NCBI GenBank assembly: GCA_951406725.2 | Contig: OX597828.1 | Span: 32,736,001-32,800,000 of the forward strand | Direction of reading: 5' to 3' | DNA length: 64,000 bases | Source: Octopus vulgaris | Taxonomy: Eukaryota | Part shown: positions 26,698 to 40,759 of the stretch, piece after piece | Layout: each line of letters begins with the position of its first letter | Position numbering within the stretch: position 1 is the stretch's first letter | Made by a program: the position numbers and the translations under genes | The notes under the pieces: generated by a model | Told to the model about the DNA's origin: nothing | The model's input: only the letters and a program-made list of their open reading frames with translations | Databases searched by the model: none

Positions 26698-28361
26698 CTG
26701 AACGATCAGCAAATAATGAAAGCTTCCGTCAAGTATCGCACAGGTTCTTTTCTGCACATCAATAGCTCAGAAATACTGTGTGCATTCATATTTATCTCAC
26801 GGTGAGGCATTGTAATATTTATATGTATTAAATTATTTAAGAGTGTATGAGAAATGAATAAAATAATCAAAATGTCGATAGAGGGAGAAAGAAACAGAGA
26901 AAATATTCTAGACTTTTTAACACTCAGAATACTATTTTTCAATGGAGAAATGTTCATGTGAAATACTCGCCTTGCTATATAATAATACATTGAGAGAAAG
27001 AAAGTGATTGAAAGGCATAAATAACATTAACATTAAGACCGAAAGAAAAATCTCCGAATATAATGGTCTCGAAAATAATAGAGAGAGAAATAATGAAAAA
27101 AGGAACATTTTAAAGTAATATAAAAATAAGAGAGGAATTACATTAGAACTGATGATATACGTTCGAGAATTATCTTGCTGACATGAACTAATATGGCGAA
27201 CATGATGTTATGCATTATACTAGCAAATACTTTAATTCGAGCAAATAGGTACAGACAAATATTCGATCTTGAATTCCAGAAGTCCCTAAATCTCTATAGT
27301 AAAATACTTCCAGCACTACGCTTATTTCCATAATTTCTGTGTATCTTCAGAGTGATCAGTACCAAGGACGTACATTACAGTTTATTAATATCGTTACACT
27401 TTTTGTTAATCTCTACGTATATTTGGATATTCCTGTCGAAAATCATTTGTCGAGATTAACACAAAGGCAATAATATGTTGATTTGCATCGATCTTCTGTC
27501 GCTCATAAGTGGGTTGATAACCATAATTCAGTTTAAATTTGGGGCAGTACAGTAAAACTGTAGGAAAACTAGAGACTTCAATTTGTGTTAAGCCGTCTAC
27601 GGTTTACACAGTCATAAGCAAATGAAGTGCTGTAATTAGCATTGTTTGACAGGCAATTGGCTCTAATAGAATTAACACAGCTAGAAAAAATTGCAAAAGC
27701 AGAATACCTTAATAGAATTTTAATTAAGATGGTTCTGTGTAACCTAGTAAAATGATGTGACTCAGAATATAAATTCTTTTGCTATATTTGATCGGATATT
27801 CAAGCTCGAATGTGTATTATACCATATAATGTTTCTTAGTTATGTTTGGATGGGAGCTAAATATGTTTGCGTATAAACACTATTATATATGGTCACTCAT
27901 ACATATACAAATTTAACTGAAGTTACACGTAGCGGCAATCTTTGTAACCTTCCCATAAAAGCACGCTATATCTGAAGTGAAAAACGAAATGCGCATACTA
28001 AGATTCAAAACTTAGTTATGGAGAACGTGTTGTGCAGAAAACTATTGGAACCCTTGTAAATAATAAATATAAATTGACTATAGAATAGCCTGTCCGCTAA
28101 GTTCACCGTCATCAATTCACAGTTTTTCTGTTTTTGATTGGTGTTATGTTTTTTTAATAAACTAATTTTTAACTACTAATGGTGAGATACTATGGACATG
28201 TTTCCCCGGTAAACTTGACTCGCAGTGAACTCACTGTGTGCTTTCTTCACGGTGAATTCAAGGCGGTGATCTCATAGCTCTAACCATAGTATAGTCTTGT
28301 GATGACGATAATATATATTAGTGTCTATAATTTAAGAGTCAATTGTTGTAATATCATTTTG

Positions 28362-28537
28362 ATTCCAGCCATGCTAGAGTACCGTCTTTAGTCGAGATAA
28401 TCGACCCCAGGTCTTATTCTTTGTAAGCCTAGTATTTTTTTCTATCGGCCTCTTTGCAGAACCCCTAGGTTACGGGTACGTAAACACACAAGCATCAGTA
28501 GTCAAGCGATGGTGGTGGAACAAACACAGACACACAA

Positions 28538-28571
<34 letters not shown>

Positions 28572-28704
28572 GCGACGGCCTTCTTTCAGTTTCCACTCAC
28601 AAGGCTATGGTAGAAGACACTTGCCCAAGGTACCACGCAGTGGGACTAAACCCGGAACCATGTGGTTAGTAAGCAAGCTACTTACCACAGATCCACTCCT
28701 GCGC
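28362..28704 (-). mobile_element. SINE family A, internally deleted
   Basis: TTTAGTCGAG..AATCGACCCC, internal (TA)n, GCAGTGGGACTAAACCCGGAACCATGTGG, CCACTCCTGCGC. Confidence 0.88.
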
Positions 28705-28831
28705 TTTTCCACATTATTTAAAAACTACTTTACAAATCCATGCAGTGACATCCTTCTCAATATATTCATGCATATGAAAAAAATACATACATATACCTAC
28801 GCGCGCATTCACACCTATATACATAACTATT

Positions 28832-29100
28832 ATCTTTTACTTGTCTGTTCCAGTCAATACATTGCGGCCTAGCTGTTGCACCACCTTGACATTTTTTAGT
28901 TGAACGAATTTATGCATGTACGTAATTTCTCTTTATTTTTTTAAACCTGGTGCTTATTCTATCGGTTTGTATCGACGAACAGCTAGGTTACGTGTAAGTA
29001 AACAAACCAAGATGAGTTGTCAGACGGTGGGGGAACAAACCCATTCGCGCAAACACACATACACACACACAAGCACACAAACACATACACAAAAACACAC
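28832..29100 (-). mobile_element. SINE family A 3' half, diverged
   Basis: TCTTTTACTTG tail, CTTATTCTATCGG, GCTAGGTTACG and a (CA)-rich segment. Confidence 0.65.
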
Positions 29101-29122
29101 GCACATACATGCATACATCGGA

Positions 29123-29310
29123 GACCCCCTTCGGTCACGAATGACCATGGGATTGCACCTAGAAAGTTACCTTCCAGGACACAAGTCCAGGCAAGGTTGT
29201 TTGTGGAAGACCAGTAGTCGCCCATGCATAATATCCTCCCCTCCCCACACCACTGATGTTATCCAAGGGAAAGGCAACGGCCGATACAGCTTGGCACCAG
29301 TGACATCACA
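29123..29310 (-). mobile_element. SINE family C2 3' part
   Basis: Close match to 61999-62185 (GACCCCCTTCGGTCA.GAATGACCATGGGATTGCACCTAGAAAGTTACC). Confidence 0.88.
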
Positions 29311-29623
29311 TTAGTAAATAGAAGCATTGGTAAAAATAAGCACCATGGTCTACAAACACATAAAAAAATGTATATATATTTTTTACATTCTGCGATTTTA
29401 TGTATATGTATTATTTTTTATGTGTTTGTTGACCATGGTGTTTTTTTATATGTGATTAAATTTTTGAGGGGTGGTGTTGAGTGTAAAGTCGTTTACCAAA
29501 ATTTAATGTTTGTCGTATAACCAATGCTTCTTTATCTTTGTCTCATTAACATTTGAGCACTTCTTTTGCAGTCTTATAAAACATTTTGTTTCTATAATAA
29601 GAGACAAATATTATTTCTTGTTG

Positions 29624-29662
<39 letters not shown>

Positions 29663-30754
29663 CCACTATTATATTTTTTAATAATTTTGTTACATATTTA
29701 AATAATATAAATTAATCATATGTATTGGCTTAAGTTTTTCATTGTTTGATTTGCCTAATAGTGGTTTTGTCTCTAATTTAATATAATATAATATTTTACT
29801 ATACAATTGGATTCAATCCTAAATCGGATTTTTCCCTGTAAGTTTGGATTTATTCCCTAATATTTAATATTTATATATATACATACAACTCAGTTTCCAC
29901 CCATTGAACCACTTACAAAGCTTTAGTAAGCCCAAAGGTACCATGCAGTCGGACTGAATCCAGGGCCATGGGAATCGAAAACAAATTTCTTATCACGCTC
30001 CTTATATTTAAAAAAGGTACAATCCAGCCAAAGCGGAATGGGTACCGCAATGGAAGAACTGTCGTAATAATTTCACACACTTTTGTCATCCCCAAAACGT
30101 CTTCAGCCATGTGGAAATCGTTGAGAACTGAGGAGGAATAAGAGAATGAGGAAGATTAAGACAATCATAGTAGAGTGATCGTGGTATGAAACCCACGATA
30201 TAAAATTCAAATAACATATATTCTATTTATTATGCGTACAAAGAAATTAATGTTCATATAATGTATAAAGGAATGTACTTTTTCGTTCCATAAATAGGAG
30301 TAAGAGTATCAAGAAATTCTTACTAACTTAACCTCGAATAGGATTTGAGTTGATAAATCAACATTTGTTTGGTGAAAGAAAAACACATTTATGACATTTA
30401 AATTTAATATAAGCTACGCAAAAGAGCATCAGTTTTATTCCACCTTCTATTTTAAGTATGGTAGCAATTTCCTTAGCTTCTAGCATAAGAGCTGTACGTA
30501 AGATTATAGAATTTCTTTTATAGATACCGGTAATGCTGTTGGATAAAATTCAAATGTAAACTTTTCTTTATCAACATACTGGATTTTCATTTTTAATTTT
30601 TTTTATCTTATACTGCAAATAGGGTCGCAATAAAATTTTCAAGATCCGACATGTCAGAATTAGAAATTTTGAAGTTTAATAAATATATCTCGAAATTCTT
30701 CTCTAACATCGAAATCATCTCTTTTTTTCCTTATATCTTCAATGCACTGTTCTT

Positions 30755-30781
30755 TGGAGCGGGGACAAACACAGACACACA

Positions 30782-30821
<40 letters not shown>

Positions 30822-30980
30822 GGGCTTCTTTCAGTTTCCGTCTACCACATCCACTCACAAACTTTTGGTCGGCCCGCGGCTATATTAGAAGACACTTGCC
30901 CAAATTGACACGTAGTGGGAGTGAATCCGGAACCAAGTCGTTGGTTAACAAACTACTTACCACACAACCACTCCTGTGCT
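30755..30980 (-). mobile_element. SINE family A 5' half
   Basis: CTTCTTTCAGTTTCCGTCTACC, GAAGACACTTGCCCAA, CTTACCACACAACCACTCCTG. Confidence 0.85.
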
Positions 30981-31134
30981 TATATGTATATATGCATGTA
31001 TGTATGTACACACACACATGCGCACACATATATACAAATATATGTATGTATATATATATGTATTTATTTATGTATGTCGCTGTGTCTGTCTACATAAGTA
31101 TATATACATGTGTGTTGTTTCTCTTTATATATAT

Positions 31135-31261
31135 CGGATTACCAGGCCCCCAATATTATGGCCGAGACATAAAACGTCTCTGGAGAGGTCTATCCCCCAA
31201 ATGTTCGTCCCCTACGAGCGTACGATAGCGACTCAAGGAGGATTGCTGGCCTGATAATCCG
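31135..31261. mobile_element. 127-bp MITE-like element with 14-bp inverted termini
   Basis: CGGATTACCAGGCC ... GGCCTGATAATCCG (13/14 inverted match). GC-rich relative to flanks; no TSD recognised. Confidence 0.55.
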
Positions 31262-31302
31262 TTACAGCACTTACCTACCGTACCTAGATCGTTTAGATCA
31301 GA

Positions 31303-31336
<34 letters not shown>

Positions 31337-31355
31337 TATATATGTATATACATAT

Positions 31356-31387
<32 letters not shown>

Positions 31388-32054
31388 ATAGAGTTAGTTT
31401 GTATGTGTATATATACATATATGAGATATAGATAGATACATGCATACATAAAGAATACATACATACAATCATCCATCCATCCATCCATCCATAGATACAG
31501 ACATACATACATACGCAGATGTATATATATAGGCGTGTATATCTATGTGTGTGAGTACCTACTGGTTGTCTGAGAATTATATCTGTTAATACAAATCTGA
31601 TAGATTCGTATCAGCAGAACAATTTTCCTAAAACACCAGGTGGCTCTGCGTTCATCTGGAGTTACAGCATAACATTACATGCTCTGATGCAGCGGTTAGT
31701 AGAAAATTAAAAACAGAAAACTCAACAGAAATTTTTCGTTTAAGTGATATAACTGAAAATTCACACAACAGATTGATAAATGAAAAAAAAAAATGTATTT
31801 TTTCCAACTGCCACTGAAACTATTTATAGATTGCTTCATCGACGTTGCTGACATTGACTTTTACTTCTCGCTTTAACACTTTTATCTCCCGTTTCTCTCT
31901 CCTTCTCCCATTGCCATTATATTCAATAAAGTTTCTAAAGTCACGCAGCTTTCTAGTTTTTACGTAGAGTTCTTTTTTAGTATTGTTATTATTGTCACCA
32001 TTTCCAAATTTTAAAGGCAGCCTGGTGTTTGTGAGATAAATGTATGCGTGTTTC

Positions 32055-32200
<146 letters not shown>

Positions 32201-33558
32201 TATGTATTCTTCAATTTTCTCTTCCCTCTCATCCTCTCTTTTGCTGTATCTCTTTCTATTTTTTGTGTATCATTTTGCTTTCTATCTACTTTCCTCTCCA
32301 AATACTTATAAAATGTCTCGCCATCTGTCCAACTTCAGATATTTGATCTCTGTAACATGATGCAATAATGTGTTCCAATGATTATTCATGGTGGTTAAGC
32401 ATCCAATTGCACTTGGAACATCCTTTCAGAGGCACCAAAAACCAAAACAGTACAAAGAGAAAAACCGATATATACTTCTCTTTAACATAAATTCTCATAA
32501 ATATAAATGGGGGCGTACGTGTGTGAGTGTGTGTGTGTGTGAGTGTATGTATATCTCTCTATATATAAAACTGAGAATGTGTGTCTGTCTCTCTGTGTGT
32601 TTCTCTAAAACTTCAGAACTACACAACCAATTTCATTCAAATTTTACACATGCCTTACTTAAGGTCCGAGGAGTGTCATCGGCAAAAAAATCTTAACTTT
32701 TTCCCTAGGGCGACCCCACAGCAATATCATATCTTCTCCACTATTTCAGTAGTACGTGTTAAAAGTGAAACAAAAACATCTCTCTTTTGTAATGCAGATA
32801 CTTTCACTTTAATACTGAAACTATTAAGGTGAAAGTATTATATAACAGGGATGACCCATGAACAATGGTCATCCATTTTGCTAGAAGATCCGCTATGGTC
32901 TTATATGCTGCACCACTGGTTTTCAATTCATATTAATCAAATTGATATTCAATTTTTCACATTTATTATGTGTGTGACTGTATTAGCAATCCGTATAAAA
33001 TTGCATCAATGACTTGAACTTGAATAAGTGGTTTCACATAAATGGGGATAAATTAAAAAAGGTTTGTTGTTAGTATTATTACTGTTTGACAATTGTAATC
33101 ACGTTTGTTGTTTCCTGGTCAGGGAAACGTTGTTGTGTTGCATTTGTTAAATAATTGTAAACAGTAACCCCCCCCCCTTTCGGAGAAGGGGCATTGGTTA
33201 TTGTTTAAAAATTGAATTGTGTCCCTGTTTAGGGAAATTGACATTACTTTCACCGTCTTTATGGAAGCATTTTTGTTAAAATGCCTTCAATAGAAGAAAG
33301 TCGAAAAATGAATTTCGCTGCAGCCGTACACTTCTATACAAGAGGGAGGACAAGATCCAATTGATCGAAATTGCAAGAGACGGGCCTATAATTCCAGTCT
33401 GTTATCACTAGCGATATCAAGATATAACTTTGTATTTCGTATTTCATGTGTAGATGTTTATATATAGATGTACATGTAATATGTACACATATATATACAC
33501 ATATATACATGCATAATATATCTACCCATACACACATACGCACACACACACATACATA

Positions 33559-33691
33559 GGGGCAAGTGTAGCTGTGTGGTAACAAACTACGTTCCAAACA
33601 CATGGTCCTGGGTTCAGACCCATTGTGTGGTGACTTGGCATGTGTCTTCTGCTGTAGCCGCAGACCAACAAAAGCCTTCTCAGTGGATTTT
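33559..33691 (+). mobile_element. SINE family A head inside the Helitron
   Basis: GCTGTGTGGTAA...CACATGGTCCTGGGTTCAG...GTGTCTTCTGCTGTAGCC...AGTGGATTT. Confidence 0.75.
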
Positions 33692-33804
33692 CTACATATA
33701 TACAGGCATACATACATATATATATATATACTTGCATACGTACATATTCGGCATAAACACTCTACCACTACAACTAATAACTGTTGGGGACACTTTCAAA
33801 ACCT

Positions 33805-36435
33805 GACTTACATTCGAACCGGAATCAATTCCAATGACATCGACAAGATAATCTCTGCAGACCTTCCTGATCCAGCTTTAGACAAAGAACTATACGAAAT
33901 AGTTAAAGCAAACATGATACATGGTCCATATGGGCGTGGATTCAACATAAACACACCATGCTTGAATGACAGCATATGTTCAAAATGATTTCAAAGGAGG
34001 TTCCTTCAAGAAACTCAGACAGGTGCTGATAGGTATCCATCATACATACGCAGAAAACCAGAAGACGGAGATTTCACAGCAGCTATCGGACAGCACGATA
34101 TTGATAATAGATGGATTGTTCCATACTCCCCACTCCTGTCAAAGACTTTCAGTGCCCACATCAACGTTGCGTTTTGCAACTCCGTTAAATCCATCAAGTA
34201 CGTTTGCAAATATGTAAACAAGGGTTCTGACGCTGCAATATTTGGTCTTCAACAAGAATACTGCCAGGATGAGGTGACGCATTATCAGGTGGGACGGTAC
34301 ATAAGTAGCAACGAGGCTTTCTGGCGCATCTTTGGCTTTCCAATTCACCAACGACACTCCGCCATTCAAAAGAAAATGGTCAAAGAGTGTACTTCACCGA
34401 TGCTAATGCTTCTCTGTTGGCAAAGGAAACAAGGGATAGTACACTCACTGCATTCTTCAAGCTTTGTCAAGTGGATCCATTCGCTCAAACCTTGCTGTAT
34501 CCACATCCACAGATTCCATCGTACTACACTTGGAATGGAAAAAAATGGGCCCCACGGAAAGCAGGTCAAAATGTTCATGGATACCCTGGCATTAAGTTTC
34601 ACACCTGCCTTGGGCGTGTATACACGGTGCATCCTACTCAACAAGAATGTTTCTACCTTCGTCTACTACTGCATGAGGTCAGAGGGCCAACGTCTTTCCA
34701 TGCACTAAAAACCGTTCATGGACATGTCTGCACAACATACAGAGAAGCCTGCTATCGACAAGGTATGTTAGAAGATGGTGCACAATGGGATGCAGCTTTA
34801 GGAGAGTCTGCTTCATCACAATCACATAAAAGTATCAGGGCACTATTTGCAGTATTACTACAGGCATTCGAACTGTGTGATCCGGCCACTCTATGGCTCA
34901 AATATAGAGACAACATGACTGAAGACTTTCAGCGCCAAGCTCAACTGCTCTATCCTGACATGGAGGGTATTAGCAATGAAATCTATAACAAAACACTCAT
35001 TGACATTGAAGACAGAATTGCTAAACTGGGAGGAAATGAATTGTCGACGTATGGCCTGTCACAAGCATTCAGGTCAGGGTCAAATAGCCTTCCCACTGTT
35101 GTCATTCGTGAAACAACCTACGACACTCAAGCGCTTTCAAAGTACATTCTTGAAAATGAGCCTAAATTACTTCCGGACCAGCTGCAGGCCTACATAACTA
35201 TTCTTAACAGTGTGCGCCAACGCGAGGGACGAATCTTCTTCTTAGAAGTTAGCAGCATCAGGACATTGCAGTAGCTATAGCCTCCTCTGGCATTGCAGTT
35301 ACTTTGTTACCCGGTGGCAGAATAGCACATTCAACATTTAAACTCCTTCTCAATTTAGCAGCATCCGAAATGCCTTCATGCAACATCAACAAAAGTTCAG
35401 ATCAGGGACAGGTACTTAAAATGTGTCATCTAATTGTCTGGGATGAGTGCACTATGGCTCACAAGGGAGCTTTGGAAGCATTAGATAGAGCCCGGAAAGA
35501 CATCCGAGACTGTCAGGCTCCAATGGGAGGTGTGACGCTTCTGTTGTCAGGTGATTTCAGGCAAACTCTTCCTGTCATTCCGAAAGGCACTAGAGCAGAT
35601 GAAGTCCAAGCATGCCTAAAGCATCCTCTACCCCAAGCATCCTCTACCCTGTAGCATCATGTTACAATCCTCAGTTTCACCACTAACATGAGAGCTCAAC
35701 TACACGGGGACAAAATGTCCACAAAGTTTGCACAGGACATTTTGACACTTGGTGAAGGCAAGATGCCTCTCGATGCTGCAAGACAAATGGAAGTGTGGTC
35801 ATTTTCATCAGTTGTTAATACTGTAGATGACCTCAAAAACAAAGTCTTTCCCAACTTCACACAAAACCAAAATCACAATTGGCTGTTAACAAAATTAATC
35901 AACAGCTAATGCATTCAACAAGCCTGTTGATACAATTCCAGATATAAATGAAGTTGTGAAATATCATCCTCAATTTCTCAATTCACTGGAGCCTCCTGGA
36001 CTACCTCCACACATATTAGCACTTAAAGTTTGAACTCCTGTAATGCTACTCCGCAATCTGGAATCACCAAGACTTTGCAATGGAATACGACTGGTGATGA
36101 AGAAAATTATGTCACACTTTATCGAGGTTATCATTCTTTATGGATGTGGAAAAGGTGATGATGTCTTTATTCCAAGATTTCCTCTTACTCCATCAGGAGC
36201 AGAAATTCCATTTACATTCAGAAGACTGCAATTCCTCCTTCGTATCAGCTTTGCCATGTCCATTAACAAATCTCAGGGTCAAACCCTCTCTGTAGCTGCT
36301 CTTCTCTTGGAAGAGCCCTGCTTCTCGCATGGGCAACTGTATGTTGGCTGCTCAAGAGTAGGAACCAAAAGAAACCTTTTTGTATATGCTCCACAAGGAA
36401 AAAGAAGGAACATTGTTTACAACGAAGTGTTATAA
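33805..36435 (+). pseudogene. Helitron RepHel (HUH Rep C-terminal part + PIF1-like helicase), frameshifted
   Basis: Rep region: IDKIISADLPD..MIHGP, NRWIVPYSP, IKYVCKYVNKG (motif 3), GRYISSNEAFWRI, ECFYLRLLL..GPTSF. Helicase: ASSGIA..LLPGGRIAHS, LIVWDECTM, GDFRQTLPV, LRNL..RLCNG, AMSINKSQGQTL, HGQLYVGCSRV. Confidence 0.95.
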
Positions 36436-36614
36436 TCTCAACAGCCAGGAGGTATATACATGATTCCCTTTTTTTAACAAACTTCATGTACTTTCATGTA
36501 TTTATATTAATATACATATGTATGTATGTGTGTGTGTGTGTATCCATGTATATATAACAGAAAAGTCTAATTCTTCAATTGAATGTAACAGGGCAACACC
36601 GGTTATCTCTGCTA

Positions 36615-36615
<1 letters not shown>

Positions 36616-36681
<66 letters not shown>

Positions 36682-36737
36682 CATACATACATACATACAT
36701 ACATACATACATACATACATACATACATACATACATA
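36616..36737. repeat. (TA)n-(TACA)n microsatellite directly after the Helitron 3' end
   Basis: Seen directly. Confidence 0.97.
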
Positions 36738-37512
36738 GAATAACAAAAGATAATAATTCCATTTAAATTTTGTCATAATTCCATTTAAATTTTCTGCGCT
36801 GCAGTATTTAGTAAAACGTTTCTTTAAAAAGTGGTGCCTCTTCAACTTGCCTCTCTCCGCGAGATATCAAAGATTTCGAATTCTAGTTAAAATTCTTTTT
36901 CTTCTGTTCCCCATTTCAGCGAATGAATACGTATTTCCCCACTGATACTCTCCATGATTTCTCGAAAAACCATTAACCCTCTGTCCCCTTCTCTTCCAAT
37001 TTCAATTATCTTCATCGCACTTCAGTCCTCTCCAAAACCACCCCAATGCATACAATGTTTCAGAGGTTTTATTTCCTATACTAAACCAGCTGCTTCAGAA
37101 ACCGAATGTTTTGCAACCACCTATTTCCATATAAGATATTCCCATCATTATTCTGTCGGCTTCTCTCACTAATTGCCACTATCGTAAATATACAGCTGCC
37201 ATCTCACGGCTCTATATCACTCCATGTCAGCTAGATCCTTTGCCAATTGTTACTGGCAGTACATGTGCCTAAGTCCTCATCCACTAGAATCAATTCTGCG
37301 GATGTCTAAAACATTTACCTGAGATAAGTAAAATTTCATCCCATATCGACAAAAATCTGCATCTCACCGTATCTGACAGGATTGAATGGTAGATATGCTT
37401 CAGAACTAAAGGCAAAATTCCGGACTAAAGGGCTTATTAAAATCACTCCTACAAAATGTACGCCTCCTTTTAACAGCAATACAACCTCTACGATAGCATG
37501 ATCTTGAGGCAT

Positions 37513-37930
37513 AACGTGGCTGTGTGGTAAGGAGCTTGCTTCGCAACCACATGGATCCGGGTTCAATGTGTGGCTCCTTGACTAAGTTTCTTCTACTATA
37601 GCCTCGGGTCGACCACAGTCTTTTGACTAGATTTGTCAGGCGGAAAATTAAAGAAGCGTGTTGTTTATATATGTGTGTATTGTGTGTATGTGTGTATGTG
37701 TGTATGCGTGTGTGTATTTGTGTTTGGCAACCCACCCCATCACGGCCTGACTATCGATGCTGGTGTTTGCACCCGCGTAACTATATAGTCCGGCAAAAAG
37801 AAGCGATAGAATAAGTACCAGGCATAAACAAATAAATACGGGGTTTGATCCGTTCGACTAGAATGTCAAGGCGGTGCTCCAGCATGGCTACTGTCCGATG
37901 ACTGAAATAGGTGAGAGATAAAACATAAAA
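37513..37930 (+). mobile_element. SINE family A, diverged full-length
   Basis: GTGGCTGTGTGGTAAG head, CGGCAAAAAGA..GATAGAATAAGTAC, GGCGGTGCTCCAGCATGGC, GACTGAAA tail. Confidence 0.85.
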
Positions 37931-38576
37931 GATAACTGTGTATGAAGGCCACAAGCTATCGAACAGCTTTTATGTTCTTCTTCCAAAGAAACCATCGAAC
38001 ATTTTCATCATTTGACGACGTATAACTTTTAAATTTACGAAGTGCTCCAGCTCGCAAATTTACAGCTATAAAATTGCTTTTTCTGTACGCCCACGCAGGC
38101 AATCTCAACGTTGTCACTTGATTTTCAACCTGCTCCGTAGGCCACACCCTAGATAAAACTTCTGTAATCCCCCAATGTACTCGTGACCGTTAAGGCTATC
38201 TATACCTCCCGCTGCTTCAAACCCCGAAAGCCACGTGCGGAGCATTGTTATTTAGTTTTACTTTAAGACAATGACGAAACTTTAAGCCTTTATCTTAACC
38301 CATTTTACAGATGATTGAAAATAAGTCAAAATGAAAAAAATTAATTATTAAAACTCCTTTACTTCAAGTAGAAATGGAAATACTCGGTGTCCTATAAATA
38401 TGACACTGGGACAATGTGATACAGCTTATATAATATTCTCATTTAGTGTCCTATTTATAGGACAGTGGGACTTAATGTGATAAAAAAATTGCTTACGAAC
38501 ACACCGGTACACACGCACAAACACGCACGTACACCGACAGGTACGTATGTGTGTGCGCGCCTGTGTCTGTCTGTGT

Positions 38577-38636
<60 letters not shown>

Positions 38637-40759
38637 GTGTGTGTGTTTGTTCCGCGTGTAAAAGTCTTTCTCATGCAATGTAATCACTTCTTGCCACAAA
38701 ACTATGATCTCGAAATCGCTTGTACACATTTCGAAAACTTTAGTGCATCTAACTTCATTTGAACATTACTCTTTTAATGCTCCACATCATAAACATTTAG
38801 GACCGCTCATAACGGGGGCACATCGCTAATGTAGTAAGGATTACACCTCAAAAGAAGTACTTTTTTTTTTACCTCACCAATAAAATTAAGAAAGAACCGG
38901 TTGATCCATTCCATGTTTCTTTTCCATCTTTCTTCGTTCATTGATTTCGAAGGCAACTTGTACGGCTTGTGATAAAAAATATCTATGAAGTTTTGATCTT
39001 ACTGATAAAATACATACATACTCATGGATACTCACACACACACATATATGCACACTAACACAGCCATATGAATTCTATTATACATAATATTTCATATAAA
39101 TATATTATATACCATACACATCTATCTATTATAATATATATATGTATATATGTATACATGATTTTATATATGTATGCATATATGTTTATATGTACGTACG
39201 CATTATGTATGTATGTATGCATATATAAAAAGAGAGAGGGGGAAAGATAGAGGGAGAATGAGAGGTGAATTTTTCCCCCGCCATGTTCAATATAAGCTTT
39301 TCACTATTCAGAAATTCAGTATTGTAATTCTACAAAAAATAATAAAATATCTAACATACTGTAGCAATTGCTTTCCAAAGAAATGAGTTGTAAATGAAAT
39401 TTAAATACTTTTACTTTGGTTTTGCTTAGTATATTGAATTATTTTCTTATTCAATTATGTATTTTACTTAAAAACAGTTCACTTCCAGATTTGAACCGTT
39501 ATTATATTCGTTGGGTAGCTCAATAAGTACTCCACATGTTCAAAAGTATACATCTGTGTAAAATTGCTGCATATAAACCTAGCTACATGGTATTCACAAA
39601 ATATTCTAATACATGTTTTTCGTTGAGAGAACACAGTCACATGCTATTCATTTATATACATAATGGATTATACGCAACTTGATTGATTTACATACTAATG
39701 TAACCTGTTTATATAGTGAGGTTACATTTACCAACGTGTTCAAGAGAAAGTTAGTTTTTTTTCTGTTCTTTATAATAAATATTCATGGCTTACTCTTAAG
39801 CAACGCTCTGTGAAGGCACGTGTCTATGAGTTACATTGACTAAAACACTAATACATTTTAACCAATGTAGTTATCTCTTAGAATACATTTCTCCCTAGAT
39901 GTTTCACTGCACAAGAACAAAATATCTTTTAAGTAAAACCGTGGACACAGACGAAATAGCAAATTCTGATAGATGTTGTCTCTGGTGTCTCTTTGATTGC
40001 AGCAACACTTGCCATCATTTCAAGACATGTGTCTGGATGAAAGTTAAACATAATTATCATGAGTTGATTGAGTTTCAAATCACGTACGTTCATTCCAATA
40101 GTTTAGTTTAAGTTTGACACGATTCATTTAAGTTTCCATCAGACATACATTATAAGGAAGGGAAGCACACACTCCTAAGATAAATATATTTCAGAATCGT
40201 TGTACGCAGTCGTACATATATGAAGTCTAATACATATACACCATAATATTTAACGGAAATAATTTTTCTTATTTGTAATATTATCAAATACAAAGAGAAA
40301 GTGTCTGATTGTAACCACTGCAATTCTGAGAACGTGCCTGATTGTAACCACTGCTATTATGATGACATCACATTTCATACTTTGTTTAAGTAAATCTCCC
40401 TTATATCGAAGGTAAAAGTCTCCCCAAAACATAGTAAAATGTAGTACATTATCTTTTTCTGGGATTTATTTTCCAATATATAATATGTGTGTGTGCATGT
40501 AAGTGTGTGTTTTTATAAACATGCATGTGTGTGTGTGTGTGTGTAGGTGTACACATAAGTATAGGGTTCGTGAATGATTGTCTCATATATGATTTTAATC
40601 ACTTTTAAAGCAAAAATAAATGCCAGTTGTAAAAGTATATATTTTTATCTCGTTTTACAGTACTTTTGTGTTAGGACCAATTCTTCGTGAAACTTTAGGG
40701 GAAACCTTATTGTTAGCTCACTACATTGTTTTGTAATGTGCGTGCGTATGTATGAATGG

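Larger units (their letters stand above)
32554..36615 (+). mobile_element. Helitron derived from an autonomous element, internally deleted
   Basis: 5' end A|TCTCTCTATATATAAAA; 3' hairpin AACAGGGCAACACCGGTT then CTAG|T. It encloses Rep/helicase coding remnants. Confidence 0.93.

Noticed and set aside
36860-37400. Possible ancient RTE-like fragment on the minus strand (LGWF...DEDN)
   Set aside because: The similarity is marginal and no continuous motif chain is recoverable.
38110-38245. TGCTCCGTA / TGCGGAGCA 9-bp long-range pairing suggesting a structured RNA
   Set aside because: Only one short helix; no known RNA motif or internal structure is supported.
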